The position numbers were made by a program, and so were the translations under genes. The notes under the pieces were generated by a model. It worked only from the letters and a program-made list of their open reading frames with translations. It was not told the origin of the DNA and ran no database searches. Positions 28,671-40,038 of a stretch of DNA of 64,000 nt are shown one piece after another. This DNA is from an uncultured delta proteobacterium (GTDB taxonomy: Bacteria; Desulfobacterota; RBG-13-43-22), in the NCBI GenBank assembly GCA_963843145.1, contig CAWJJC010000010.1:207823-271822 (forward strand), given 5' to 3'. Position 1 is the stretch's first letter; each line of letters opens with the position of its first letter.

Positions 28671-30062
28671 ATGTCTTCAAAAGCGATGCCCAAAACGAGC
28701 GCGGGAGGAAATATACTTCCGGCGAAAGCGATACCGGAAGAATCAACTGAACCCGGCAGGACTGTTGACTTGTTGGATTGGCTATTCGGGATTTTCATCC
28801 TGGCCGGCCTGGGGATCCTGGTCTATACCAGCCTCACCGGAGGCCTGCTTTCTCCGATCATCCGGGCTGCCAAAGCCGATCCCCGGGCCACCCTGATGGT
28901 CAGGCCCAGCTTGCTCTTGGCTGCCATGGGCAGTCTCTTCGTGGTATTTCGAACCATGCTTTGGTTCCAATACCGGCCTTTCCCCTCGGCGAATTTTCAA
29001 AACGCCCCGTCGCTCACCGTCATCATCCCGGCCTATAATGAGGGGCCAATGGTTGAAAAGTCCATTCACTCGGTCTTGGAAGCCGATTACCCCCGGGATC
29101 GCCTGGAAGTATTTGTGGTGGACGACGGGAGCAAGGATGATACCTGGATGCATATCAAGCGGGCCGTAAACAAACACCCGGGCCAGATCACGGCCATCCG
29201 CTTTCCGGTCAACCGGGGTAAAAGGGAAGCCCTGGCGGAAGCCTTTCAAAAGGCTCGGGGAGAAGTGGCTATTACCATTGATTCCGACAGCGTCATTACC
29301 AAAGGAACGCTGCTCTCCATGGCCGGTCCTTTTCATGATCCGAAGGTGGGCGCTGTGGCCGGAAAGGTCAAGGCCTACAATCGGCAGCAGGGCCTCATTC
29401 CTCGTATGTTGCATATCCGCTTCATCTTGTCCTTTGATTTCCTGCGGGCGGTGCAATCAACCTACCGGACGGTATACTGCTGTCCGGGGGCCCTGGCGGG
29501 CTACCGGGTTGAGGTGGTCAGGAGGGTCCTGGAATCCTGGCGGAGGCAAACCTTTTTAGGGGTTCCCTGTACCTATGGTGAAGACCGGGCCTTGACCAAT
29601 TTTATCCTGGCTCAAAATTTCGATACCGTCTACCAGGGATCGGCCGAGGTATACACGATTGTTCCCTGGACGTATAAGCGACTTTACCGGATGTACCTCC
29701 GTTGGGATCGAAGCTATATCCGCGAGAACATCCATTTTTTTCGCATCGTCTGGAAGCGGCCCTTCTGGTCCTGTTTGGTTTCGCTGTTCGATATGATCAT
29801 CACCAACCTCCGCTATCCGGTGGGCTGGGCCGCTTTGGGGATGTTGGTTTACCTTTCCTTTCAGGACCCGACCACCATTCTCCGCGTCTTCCTGGCCATC
29901 GGTATTTTTTCGTTTTTAAATACCTTATATTATGTTTACTGCGAGAGGCGGGGAGACTTCTTTTACGGGGTTATTTATGCCTATTTCTCCTTCCTGACCC
30001 TGTTCTGGGTCTTCCCCTATGCTCTGCTGACCGTTCGTTCGAAGTCCTGGATGACCCGCTGA
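28671..30062 (+). CDS. Processive GT2 glycosyltransferase (hyaluronan synthase/NodC/IcaA-like)
   Basis: IPAYNE, VDDGS, GKR, DSD, CCPG, GEDRALT, LRW; N- and C-terminal TM helices. Confidence 0.88.
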   Translation: MSSKAMPKTSAGGNILPAKAIPEESTEPGRTVDLLDWLFGIFILAGLGILVYTSLTGGLLSPIIRAAKADPRATLMVRPSLLLAAMGSLFVVFRTMLWFQYRPFPSANFQNAPSLTVIIPAYNEGPMVEKSIHSVLEADYPRDRLEVFVVDDGSKDDTWMHIKRAVNKHPGQITAIRFPVNRGKREALAEAFQKARGEVAITIDSDSVITKGTLLSMAGPFHDPKVGAVAGKVKAYNRQQGLIPRMLHIRFILSFDFLRAVQSTYRTVYCCPGALAGYRVEVVRRVLESWRRQTFLGVPCTYGEDRALTNFILAQNFDTVYQGSAEVYTIVPWTYKRLYRMYLRWDRSYIRENIHFFRIVWKRPFWSCLVSLFDMIITNLRYPVGWAALGMLVYLSFQDPTTILRVFLAIGIFSFLNTLYYVYCERRGDFFYGVIYAYFSFLTLFWVFPYALLTVRSKSWMTR

Positions 30063-30313
30063 ATCTGCCGCCGGGAAAACGATCCGAAAATGGGGCGCGG
30101 AGCGTTTTCTCCGCGCCGCTTTTATTTGTGGCCCTGATTCGGTAGATAATCTGAAGGCAACCGTCCAGGTCAAAGCAACCCCCTTCCCGCCCAGGTAGCC
30201 AGCCCCTCCGCCACAATTCCTTCTTTAGAATAAAGTTTTCTATTCAAATGCCGATCTTTTATCCAGGCGAAGCCCACCGACCCGCAGTTCAGGGGTACCG
30301 TCATGGAGGTCTT

Positions 30314-31786
30314 ATGGAAGTATTAAAGAAAAATATTCGGAAAAAAGCCATGGTGGCGATCCTGATCACCTGCGCGGTGACCGCTCTGGCCTCGGGAATT
30401 GCCCTCAACGCGGTTTGGCAAATAAATCAGGTCGTTACCCACGTCGTACCCCAGGCCGAAGCCATGCTTATCGGCGTCAAAGACCTTTATGGTCAGGGGC
30501 TCCAACAGGGTCAGGCCATCCGTAACATCATCCTGGACCCCGGCAACGCTACCGCCTATAAAAACCTGGAAAAGGCGGCGGAAGACTTCAATGCCGCCGG
30601 TCTGCGTTTAGCCGAGGTTACCAAGTCGGCGGGGGAGAACGGCTTCACCGCCAAAGTCCTGGAAATAGCCGATCTGGAGCGGGAAGATCTCAAGGTCCTT
30701 CGGGAAATTAGCGGGGTGGTCAAGGCCGGCCAGAAGGATCAGGCCGTAGAGATACTGAATAGCCGGGAAACACCGCTGTGGCGGAAAAATAAAAAGATCA
30801 TTCTCGACCTCAACAGTCAAATGGCGGAATACCGGAAACGGGTCTATGCCCAAACGGAGACCAAAGCCTATCGGCAGATGGTGGCTGTAGCCCTGGGTAC
30901 GGCCCTGCCCATTCTTTTCGCCCTGGGACTGGGGCTGGCACTGCAGGCGGCCCTGCGGCGGATCGACCACATCGGGAAGAACATCCGGGAAGAAATTCAA
31001 TCGGTATCCGCGGTCTCCGGACAAGTTTCCACCGCCAGCCAGTCCCTGGCGGAGGATGCCTCCCGCCAGGCCGCCGGCATAGAGGAGACTTCCGCGGCTA
31101 TCGAGGAGATGGCGGCGACGACCAGGCAGAACGCCGAAAACGCCGATCAAGCCAATAACTTCATGATCGAAGCCGGACACGTGTTGAAAGAGGCCAACCG
31201 CTCCATGAAGGGACTTATCCTGTCGATGGACCAGATTTCCTCCGCCAGTGAGGATACGGGAAAAATAGTAAAAACAATCGATGGCATCGCCTTCCAGACC
31301 AACCTGCTGGCCCTCAACGCCGCCGTGGAGGCGGCCCGGGCTGGAGAGGCCGGGGCCGGCTTTGCGGTGGTCGCCAACGAGGTAAGGAATCTGGCCAGGC
31401 GCGCAGCCGAGGCGGCCCAAAACACCTCCAGCCTGATTGAGGAAACCGTCCGCAAGGTCAGGGAGGGATCGGAACTGGTGACCCAGACCAACGAGGTTTT
31501 CAGAAAAGTGGGAGAGCGAGCGAAGCAGGGCGGAATGCTGGTGGCCGGAATCGCTGCGGCCTCGAATGAACAGTCCCGGGCCATCGACCAGATCCAGCGG
31601 GCGGTGGCCGAGATGGACCGCTTAACGCAGAAAAATGCGGCCAGCGCGGAAGAGTCATCTTCCGCCTCGGAGGATTTGTACGACCGGTCCGAGATGATGA
31701 GCAATCAAGTAAAAGAACTGGCGGACGTTATCGGTGGCAACGGCCGCCCCCTTATGATCGACCCGGAGGCGACGGTTTCTTGCTGA
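30314..31786 (+). CDS. Methyl-accepting chemotaxis protein
   Basis: Two TM segments flanking a periplasmic domain; [30 protein letters not shown]; start at ATG 30314 after GGAGG. Confidence 0.93.
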   Translation: MEVLKKNIRKKAMVAILITCAVTALASGIALNAVWQINQVVTHVVPQAEAMLIGVKDLYGQGLQQGQAIRNIILDPGNATAYKNLEKAAEDFNAAGLRLAEVTKSAGENGFTAKVLEIADLEREDLKVLREISGVVKAGQKDQAVEILNSRETPLWRKNKKIILDLNSQMAEYRKRVYAQTETKAYRQMVAVALGTALPILFALGLGLALQAALRRIDHIGKNIREEIQSVSAVSGQVSTASQSLAEDASRQAAGIEETSAAIEEMAATTRQNAENADQANNFMIEAGHVLKEANRSMKGLILSMDQISSASEDTGKIVKTIDGIAFQTNLLALNAAVEAARAGEAGAGFAVVANEVRNLARRAAEAAQNTSSLIEETVRKVREGSELVTQTNEVFRKVGERAKQGGMLVAGIAAASNEQSRAIDQIQRAVAEMDRLTQKNAASAEESSSASEDLYDRSEMMSNQVKELADVIGGNGRPLMIDPEATVSC

Positions 31787-34026
31787 AAGCGGCGATAAAG
31801 GGATTGTTCACAAAAGTACTTTGAGCTTTCGGGTCCCGGCCCGGTCGCCCTTCACCCTTCTTCTCTTTTCCTTTGGTCTTCAAACCCGAGGAGGAAGATC
31901 CGCTCTTCAGGGAAAGGGAAATCCGCTTCCGGCTCAGGTCCACTTCCAGCACCCGGACCGTCACCTTTTGTTGTAAGGTGACCACCTCGGCCGGGTTTTT
32001 CACAAAACGGTCAGCCAGTTCGCTCACATGGACCAGGCCGTCTTGATGGACGCCAATGTCCACGAAGGCCCCGAAGGCAGTAATGTTGGTCACTACGCCG
32101 GGAAGCTTCATTCCCGGGCCGGACATCCTCGATCTTCTCCACCCCCTCGGCAAAATGGAAGGCCTCGAACTGCTCCCGGGGATCGCGACCGGGTTTGGAG
32201 AGTTCGACCAGAATATCCTCAAGGGTGGGCAGGCCCGCCTTCTCCGAGACGTAGCGGCTAAGATCGATTCGTCCACGGAGGAGCTCATCGCGGAGCAGAT
32301 CGCTCATCGAACAGCCCAGGTCCCGGGCCATGGCATCGACCAGGGGATAGCTCTCCGGATGGACGGCGCTTCCGTCCAGGGGGTTCTCGCCGTCGCGGAT
32401 GCGCAGAAAGCCGGCGGCCTGCTCAAAGGCCTTGGGGCCCAGCCGGGGCACCTGTTTCAACGCCTCCCGGGACCGGAAGGGGCCGTTCGTATTCCGGTAC
32501 TCCACGATCCCTTTAGCCAGTTGAGGTCCCAATCCGGAGACGTAGGTCAGCAGTTGTTTGCTGGCCGTGTTGACCTCCACGCCTACCCGGTTGACGCAGC
32601 TCACCACCACGTCATCCAGGCTGCGCTTCAAGGCGGTCGGATCCACGTCATGCTGGTACTGGCCGACCCCGATCGACTTGGGGTCGATTTTGACCAGTTC
32701 GGCCAGAGGATCCATCAGCCTCCGCCCGATGGAAACGCTCCCCCGGACGGTAACATCCTGATCGGGAAATTCCTCCCGGGCGACTTCAGAGGCCGAGTAG
32801 ATGGAGGCGCCGCTCTCATTGACCATGATCACCTGGATGCCCGGGGGCAAATCAAGACCGCGGATGAACGTTTCGGTCTCCCGGCCGGCCGTGCCGTTGC
32901 CGATGGCGATGGCCTCAATGCCGAAACGGTCGCACCATTCCCGAATGTGGGTGCCGGCCTGGACGGTGCTTTTCTCGGACAACAGAAAAATAGTTTCATG
33001 ATGGACCAGTTTCCCCTGGGGGTCGAGGCAGATCACCTTGCATCCGGTCCGGAATCCGGGATCGATGGCCAGGACCATTTTCCGGCCCAAAGGCGGGGTC
33101 AGGAGGAGCTGGCGGAGGTTCTCGGCAAAAACCCGGATGGCTTCCTGGTCGGCCTTTTTTTTCGTCTCCAGGCGGATTTCGGTCTCCATGGAGGAAGAAA
33201 GGAGCCGCTTATATCCATCCTGCGCAGCCAGTTGAACCTGCCGGGAGGCCGGCCCTTCCCCTTTGATGAAAAGATGTTCCAGGATCTCCAAAGCCCCCTC
33301 TTCCGGAGGGATGACCCGCAGGGTAAGAAAACCCTCCTTTTCCCCCCGACGCAGGGCCAGGATCCGGTGGGAGGGCGCGCTGGTCACGGGTTCCTCCCAG
33401 TCAAAATAATCCCGGTATTTGATCCCCGCCTCTTCCTGGCCCGTGATGATTTTCGATCGGAAAACCGCCTGCGAGGCGAAATAATCCCGCATCCGGGCCC
33501 GGGCGGTCTCATCCTCGCTGATCCATTCGGCGATAATGTCGCGGGCCCCGGCCAGGGCTTCTTCCGCTGATGCCACCCCTTTTTCCGAATCGATGTAGGC
33601 CGAAGCCTCGGTTTCGGGGTCCAGCTCGCCCTGATCGAAAAGTCCCCGGGCCAGCGGTTCCAGCCCTTTTTCCCTGGCGATGGTGGCCCGGGTCCGGCGT
33701 TTGGGCCGGAAGGGCAGATAAATATCTTCCAGGACGGTCAGGGTCTCGGCGGCCTGGATTTTCTCCTTCAAGGCCTCCGTGAGCTGTCCTCTTTCCTCCA
33801 TGGCTTTGAGAATGGACTCCCGGCGCTGATCTAACTCCAGGAGTTGCCCCATCCGGTCCCGAACCGCGGTGACCGCCACCTCGTCCAGGGACCCGGTGGC
33901 CTCCTTCCGGTAGCGGGAGATAAAGGGCACCGTGGCCCCTCCGTCCAGAAGGTCGGCCGTGGCCTCTACCTGTCCGGGTGCCAGGCCCAGTTCTTGGGCA
34001 ATTTTTGAACCATGGGTTTTATTCAT
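31752..34026 (-). CDS. tex: Tex family transcriptional accessory protein; S1 domain shifted by one extra base at ~32113
   Basis: [42 protein letters not shown]; S1 motif [24 protein letters not shown] in ORF 31752..32288. Confidence 0.93.
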
Positions 34027-34264
34027 CAGGGTTTTCTTTTGGGCTGCTTATCCGCCTTGTTTTTTGTTTTTTGTCTCTGTTTTTCGGTGTTCTGTTTCTG
34101 CCCCTTTTCCTTGTTTTTCTTGCCGCCCTTGTCTCCCATTAGGTCTCTCCTTTCCCGGTTGTTTAGAAGATCTTTTCACAGTGTGGCCTACTTTTCAAAA
34201 TCCGTCAATGCCCACTTTCAGGAAGTCTTCAAATCCTCAGGTTCGTCAGCCGTTTCCGAGTTAT

Positions 34265-35101
34265 TCAGGAATTAACCACAGCGTAGGCATTGCTCAGCAC
34301 GACCGCCCGGTCGGTGCGGGCCTGGATGAGATAACGACCTCCGGATTCCCGCCAGCCCTCGGTGGTGAGGGTCTCGCCCGGATAGACCGCGCCGGAGAAG
34401 CGGGCCTTGAATTCTTTAAAGCGCGTCACCTGCCCACCGCAGAGGCCGTGGAGGATGGCCCGGGTGGCGTAGCCGTAGGTGCAGAGTCCATGGAGAATGG
34501 GCCGGTCGAAGCCGCCGCGCCGGGCGAACTCCGGGTCCAGGTGTAGGGGGTTCAGGTCCCCGCTGAGGCGGTAGAGGGCGGCCTGGTTCTCGGGAATGGG
34601 GTAAGTGACGCTGAAATCGGGCGCGACGCCCTCGGGAGGGTTCAAAGAAACGGCTTTAGGCCCCGGGTCGCCTCCAAAGCCCCCGGCGCCCACATGAAAG
34701 GCGATATGCTCCACATCAAAGAGAGGGTCCCCTTTTTCGGTCCGGCCCGCGGTCAGAAAACGAATGACCGCGGCTTTGCCTTTGTCATAGACGTCGGCTA
34801 TTCGGCTGGCGGCCATGATTCTCCCCTCGGGGGGGATCGGCCGATACAGGCGAATTCCCTGCTCGCCGTGCAGAAACCGAAAGCCCTCCACCTGCCGGCT
34901 CAACTCGATGAGGAGTTTTCCGGAGGCCTTGGTCGCGAAGCTGGGAAAGACCTGCAGGCCTCCCGGGGTATTTTCGTAAAGGAAAGGAAGCTCGTCCACC
35001 TGGGCGCCGATGCCCAAGGCGTAGAGGACCACATCTTTCCAGGTATAGGTGAACACAAATTCCTGCGGCTCCCGGGACACTGTTTTCCAATCGATGGTCA
35101 T
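34265..35101 (-). CDS. (R)-specific enoyl-CoA hydratase 2 (MaoC double hot-dog)
   Basis: LYALGIG, LHGEQ, YDKGK, GGFGG, canonical ALYRLSGDLNPLH, ILHGLCTYG. Confidence 0.9.
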   Translation of the reverse strand: MTIDWKTVSREPQEFVFTYTWKDVVLYALGIGAQVDELPFLYENTPGGLQVFPSFATKASGKLLIELSRQVEGFRFLHGEQGIRLYRPIPPEGRIMAASRIADVYDKGKAAVIRFLTAGRTEKGDPLFDVEHIAFHVGAGGFGGDPGPKAVSLNPPEGVAPDFSVTYPIPENQAALYRLSGDLNPLHLDPEFARRGGFDRPILHGLCTYGYATRAILHGLCGGQVTRFKEFKARFSGAVYPGETLTTEGWRESGGRYLIQARTDRAVVLSNAYAVVNS

Positions 35102-35119
35102 TGGTTTCTCCTTATTAAG

Positions 35120-35157
35120 TCCTCATGCCCGGGGCGGGAACCCCGAAGCATGAATAT
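35120..35157 (-). repeat. Dispersed ~38-bp repeat, copy 2
   Basis: Reverse complement ATATTCATGCTTCGGGGTTCCCGCCCCGGGCATGAGG matches 13611-13648. Confidence 0.7.
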
Positions 35158-35334
35158 AATGCAATAAAGGCAGTAAATCAGCTCGTCCTTCCGGCCCCAT
35201 CTTAAAAGCGGGTAAACTCCATCCGGAATCTTGGGCAGCGAAGATCTTGGGTCACCCGGATGCCGGATCAGGTCCGGCATGACGGCAACGGCAACTACCT
35301 GAAAACGGTGATCGGTTTTATTCTCGTATTGGAT

Positions 35335-36105
35335 TTACTCCCCGGTGAATACCGGTTTCCGCTTTTCCAGGAAGGCCTGGAATCCTTCCGTCCGATCTTT
35401 GGTTTCCCGCACGGCGGCGGAACCCTCGGCCTCGGCCCGCAGCCCGGCATCGATCCCCTCATACGTCCCCTCGGTTAAGGCCTTCAGGACCCAGCTCACG
35501 GCAATGGGCGGCCGTTCCGCCAGTTTCCGGGCCAGTTCCAGGGTGTCTTCCATCAGTTTTCCGGGCTCAGCCAGCCGGTTGACCAGCCCGATCTCCAGGG
35601 CCTCCCGGGGGCCGATCCGTTGGCTGAAGAGAATCATCTCCAAGGCCCTGGCCCGACCCACCAGACGGGGCAGGCGCTGGGTCCCGCCCCAGCCGGGGAT
35701 AATCCCCAGGTTGAGCTCGGTCAGGCCGACGGAGGCCTTGGGGTCATCCACCATGATCCGGAAATGACAGGTCAGGGCCAGCTCCAACCCGCCGCCCAGC
35801 GCGTGGCCGTTCAAGGCGGCAATCGTCGGCTTGGGAAAACGATCCAGCCGCCTCCAGAGTTCCCGACCCAGGGGGCTGGTCTTCGGGGCGTTGGCCGCAT
35901 CCGAGACATCGAACCCCGAAGAAAAAATCTTTTCGCCGGCCCCGGTCAGGATCACCACCCGTGTCTGCCGGTCGTTTTCCAGGTAGTCCAATCGTTCCTT
36001 CAACTCCTCCATGGCCGCCAGGTTCCAGGCATTGGCCGGAGGGTGGTCGATGGTCAGGATACTGATGTGTTCTTTCTGCTCCAGAAGGATATGCTGAAAG
36101 GACAT
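35335..36105 (-). CDS. Enoyl-CoA hydratase/isomerase (crotonase)
   Basis: [53 protein letters not shown]. Confidence 0.92.
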   Translation of the reverse strand: MSFQHILLEQKEHISILTIDHPPANAWNLAAMEELKERLDYLENDRQTRVVILTGAGEKIFSSGFDVSDAANAPKTSPLGRELWRRLDRFPKPTIAALNGHALGGGLELALTCHFRIMVDDPKASVGLTELNLGIIPGWGGTQRLPRLVGRARALEMILFSQRIGPREALEIGLVNRLAEPGKLMEDTLELARKLAERPPIAVSWVLKALTEGTYEGIDAGLRAEAEGSAAVRETKDRTEGFQAFLEKRKPVFTGE

Positions 36106-36149
36106 GGATCACTCCTTTTCGGTGAATGAATCAAAGGGATATTCTTAAA

Positions 36150-36964
<815 letters not shown>

Positions 36965-37033
36965 CTAAAAATTAGACCTTGTTTATAGCAAGCCGGGCAA
37001 TTTTTTGAAACAAGAAATATCAGCTATTTTTTC

Positions 37034-37068
37034 TTGCAATAAATAAACTGGTTTAATAAACTGGTTTA
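37034..37068 (+). promoter_or_regulatory. Promoter with tandem palindromic operator for the phd-vapC pair
   Basis: TTGCAA-N17-TAAACT overlapped by two copies of TAAAC-TG-GTTTA (37044-37055, 37057-37068). Confidence 0.7.
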
Positions 37069-37099
37069 ATAGATGAATACTTTCAGAAGAGGGGAACTC

Positions 37100-37342
37100 A
37101 TGGAAAGAGTCAACGCCTTCGAAGCAAAAACACACCTTTCCGGATTGTTGCGGGAAACCGAAAAGGGAAAGAGTTTCATCATTTGCCGGCGAGGGAAGGA
37201 AGTAGCCCGACTTATCCCCCCAGAGTCATCGGGAGGGGGCAAAGGATTTCAATCCATTGCCGAAGAATTTCAAAAAATCCGTAAAAAGGTGGTGGGAACG
37301 GTCAATATTCGGGAGCTGATTGAAGAAGGGCGACGGTATTAA
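37100..37342 (+). CDS. Phd/YefM family antitoxin
   Basis: VNAFEAKTHLSGLL...G....I.RRGK.VARL.P; ends in EEGRRY; overlaps the toxin start. Confidence 0.9.
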   Translation: MERVNAFEAKTHLSGLLRETEKGKSFIICRRGKEVARLIPPESSGGGKGFQSIAEEFQKIRKKVVGTVNIRELIEEGRRY

Positions 37343-37758
37343 TGGAGTGGGTATTGGATTCCTCCTTCGCCCTTTCCTGGGTCCTCCCGGAGGAGTACTC
37401 CGATCAGTCCGATGCTTTTCTCCAACAAAGGTCATCTGAAGACACCTTTTGGGTACCGGCCCTCTGGTGGTACGAAATTTCGAACGCCTTGTTGACGGCT
37501 CAAAAACGGAACCGGGTCACCGAAGCCGATCGGATTCAAATGGTGGCCTTATACGGCTCCCTCCCCATTCAAACCGATACCCCCTTCCATTTCGAAGCCA
37601 TCAGCCGGTTCCAGGAACTGGCCCTGGCCTATTCACTGACCGCCTATGACGCCGCTTATCTGGAACTGGCCCTTCGCAAAGGGCTGGCCATCGCCACCTT
37701 TGATCAACGGCTTAAACAAGCGGCCCAAAAAGCCGGACTGAGCACCATCCCAAACTGA
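37342..37758 (+). CDS. vapC: VapC/PIN domain toxin
   Basis: VLDSS, VPALWWYEISNAL, LTAYDAAYLELA, ATFD. Confidence 0.9.
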   Translation: MEWVLDSSFALSWVLPEEYSDQSDAFLQQRSSEDTFWVPALWWYEISNALLTAQKRNRVTEADRIQMVALYGSLPIQTDTPFHFEAISRFQELALAYSLTAYDAAYLELALRKGLAIATFDQRLKQAAQKAGLSTIPN

Positions 37759-37876
37759 GATTAGATTTTTACAGCCAAAAAAGATTTCAAATTTTTTTGG
37801 CTAGATTTGATCTAATTTTGAAGAAACCGGGAAACGGATCTTGTATGTCTATTTTTTACCCGACTAAAAAATGGCC

Positions 37877-37904
37877 TTGACTGTTTTGGAATAAGGTCTA
37901 AAAT
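37877..37904 (+). promoter_or_regulatory. Promoter giving a probable leaderless transcript
   Basis: TTGACT-N16-TAAAAT, then 6 nt to ATG 37911; no SD. Confidence 0.55.
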
Positions 37905-37910
37905 AGCCAT

Positions 37911-39035
37911 ATGCGTTATATCGCACCTTATGTGCTGAAAGATCTTCAGTCCAAAATGGTCTTTGTCGGCGGTCCCCGCCAGGTGGGCAAGACCACCATG
38001 GCCAAGGAGGTTTTAAACGGGTTTCCCAGCGGACGATATTTCAACTGGGATTTTGACGACGACCGTCAGGATATTCTAAAAAAACGGTGGGCGGCGGAGA
38101 ACACCCTGTTGATCTTCGACGAACTGCACAAGTTCCCCCGCTGGAAAAACTGGATCAAAGGCCTTTATGACGTATCCCATTCAAAGCATTCTTTCCTGGT
38201 CACCGGGTCCGCCCGCCTCGACCTCTACCGGCGGGGAGGGGATTCCCTTTTAGGCCGTTATCACTATTGGCGCCTGCATCCCTTCAGCCTCGATGAAATA
38301 CCCAAGGGCCTGACCGCCCGAGAAACCTTCCAACGGTTGATGTCCGTAGGCGGTTTCCCGGAACCTTTTCTGGATAACGATGAACGGGCGGCCCGCCGCT
38401 GGCGGCGCGAGCGCTTCGACCGGGTCCTGCGGGAGGATATCCGGGACCTGTCTCCCATCCGGAACATCCAGTTGCTGAGTCTTTTCCTCGACCTCCTCCG
38501 CCAGCGGGTGGGCGGCCTGGTCACCTTGTCCAACCTGGCGGCCGACATCCAGGTGTCACCCAAAACCGCCGCCTCCTGGTTGGAGGTGCTGGAACGGATG
38601 TACCTGGTGTTTGCCGTCCGACCCTTCACCCGGTCTTTGCCCCGGGCCGTCCTCAAACCCCCCAAGGTCTATTTTTTCGATACCGGCGACCCGCTGGTGG
38701 ATGAAGGGGAGCGTTTTGAAAACCTGGTGGCGGCCTCCCTGCTGAAAAGACTGCAATTCCTGGAGGACCGAGACGGGTACCGCTACGAATTGCGTTATAT
38801 CCGGGATAAGGAAGGCCGGGAAGTGGATTTTGTTATCCTGAAGGATAATCGTATCGAGGAACTGATCGAAGTAAAATGGGCCGACGAAAACATTTCCAGG
38901 TCCCTCCTCTATTATGCGGAGAAGCTTCGTCCGCACAAAGCCACCCAGGTGGTAGCCCGTTTAAAAAGGCCCTACGACCAGGGAAAAATTCAAGTTCGGG
39001 ACCCTTTCTCTTATTTCCATTCCGATCTTTTTTAA
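37911..39035 (+). CDS. AAA_14 ATPase with C-terminal DUF4143 domain
   Basis: GPRQVGKTT, IFDELH, VTGSA, L.GR, GGFPE, KVYFFDTG, FENLV, EVDF...IEVK. Confidence 0.9.
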   Translation: MRYIAPYVLKDLQSKMVFVGGPRQVGKTTMAKEVLNGFPSGRYFNWDFDDDRQDILKKRWAAENTLLIFDELHKFPRWKNWIKGLYDVSHSKHSFLVTGSARLDLYRRGGDSLLGRYHYWRLHPFSLDEIPKGLTARETFQRLMSVGGFPEPFLDNDERAARRWRRERFDRVLREDIRDLSPIRNIQLLSLFLDLLRQRVGGLVTLSNLAADIQVSPKTAASWLEVLERMYLVFAVRPFTRSLPRAVLKPPKVYFFDTGDPLVDEGERFENLVAASLLKRLQFLEDRDGYRYELRYIRDKEGREVDFVILKDNRIEELIEVKWADENISRSLLYYAEKLRPHKATQVVARLKRPYDQGKIQVRDPFSYFHSDLF

Positions 39036-39941
39036 GATCATCTGACTGCCCGGACCCAGCCGTTTCCAAAAAACCCCGAAGACCCCGGTAAGGATCAGGG
39101 TCGTCCCCAGGACGGTCGATAAGGTAATGCGCTCTCCCAGCACCAGCCAGCCCAAGAGGACGGCGATGACCGGATTGATATAGGCGTAGGTCATGACCAC
39201 GGAGAGAGGAAGGCTGCGCACGGCGGTGACGAAGGCGGTGAAGCTGATCAGCGATCCGAAAATCACCAGGTAGATCCAACCGATCCAGGCCATCGGCGCC
39301 GGGTGCGGCCAGGGTTCACCGGAAAGCAGCATCAGGGCGATCAGGCCCAGGCTCCCGAAAAATTGCTGATAGGCGGAGGTTAAAATCGGTGCGGCCTTGG
39401 GCGGCCGGCGCTGCAGGAGAAGAGAGCCCCCTGACCAGGCCATGGCGGCCAGCAGGAGAGCCGCGGTGGAGGAGGCATCGGCCCAAAGGCCCTGCTTCAG
39501 GACCGGCGTCACCAGGACGGCCAGACCCGAAAAACCGATCAATAGCGAAAGCACTAATAGAAAAGAGGGCGCCTTCCGCTCAAGGATGGATTCCACCATA
39601 ACCGGCCACAGGGGGGTAGTGCCGACGACCAGCGCGGCATAACCGGAGTTGGCGTGGCGCTCGGCGTAGGTGACCAGCCCGTTTCCTCCGAGCCACAACA
39701 GGAGGCCGGAAACGATCAGAACCCGCAGTTCAGGGCCTGAAGGCCGAGACCAATGGCCGAAACTCTTGGCCAGGACAAAAAGGATCGCGGAAGCACACAG
39801 GGTTCGACTGGCGGCCATGGCGAAGGGAGGAAAGCCGCTTCCTTCATGGACGGTCAAACGGATGAAAAGATAGGTGCTGCCCCAGACCAGGTAGACCACG
39901 ATCAGGTTCAGCATCCCCTTGGCTGAAATGGATAAGGGCAT
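38961..39941 (-). CDS. EamA/DMT family transporter
   Basis: VYLVWGSTYL, TYAYINPVIAVLLG; about 10 TM segments. Confidence 0.9.
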   Translation of the reverse strand: MPLSISAKGMLNLIVVYLVWGSTYLFIRLTVHEGSGFPPFAMAASRTLCASAILFVLAKSFGHWSRPSGPELRVLIVSGLLLWLGGNGLVTYAERHANSGYAALVVGTTPLWPVMVESILERKAPSFLLVLSLLIGFSGLAVLVTPVLKQGLWADASSTAALLLAAMAWSGGSLLLQRRPPKAAPILTSAYQQFFGSLGLIALMLLSGEPWPHPAPMAWIGWIYLVIFGSLISFTAFVTAVRSLPLSVVMTYAYINPVIAVLLGWLVLGERITLSTVLGTTLILTGVFGVFWKRLGPGSQMILKKIGMEIRERVPNLNFSLVVGPF

Positions 39942-40038
39942 GGTGCTCGGCCTCGGTTAAAATCGGGGTAGCCTACACAAATGCGCTAAAATAGGTCAAG
40001 TCATATTATCTTTGTAAAATGGAAGAGGATATCCCGAA

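Noticed and set aside
32100-32125. Programmed frameshifting or phase variation in tex and other broken genes
   Set aside because: The runs are short, there is no slippery heptamer with a stimulatory structure, and unrelated genes are affected; sequencing error is simpler.
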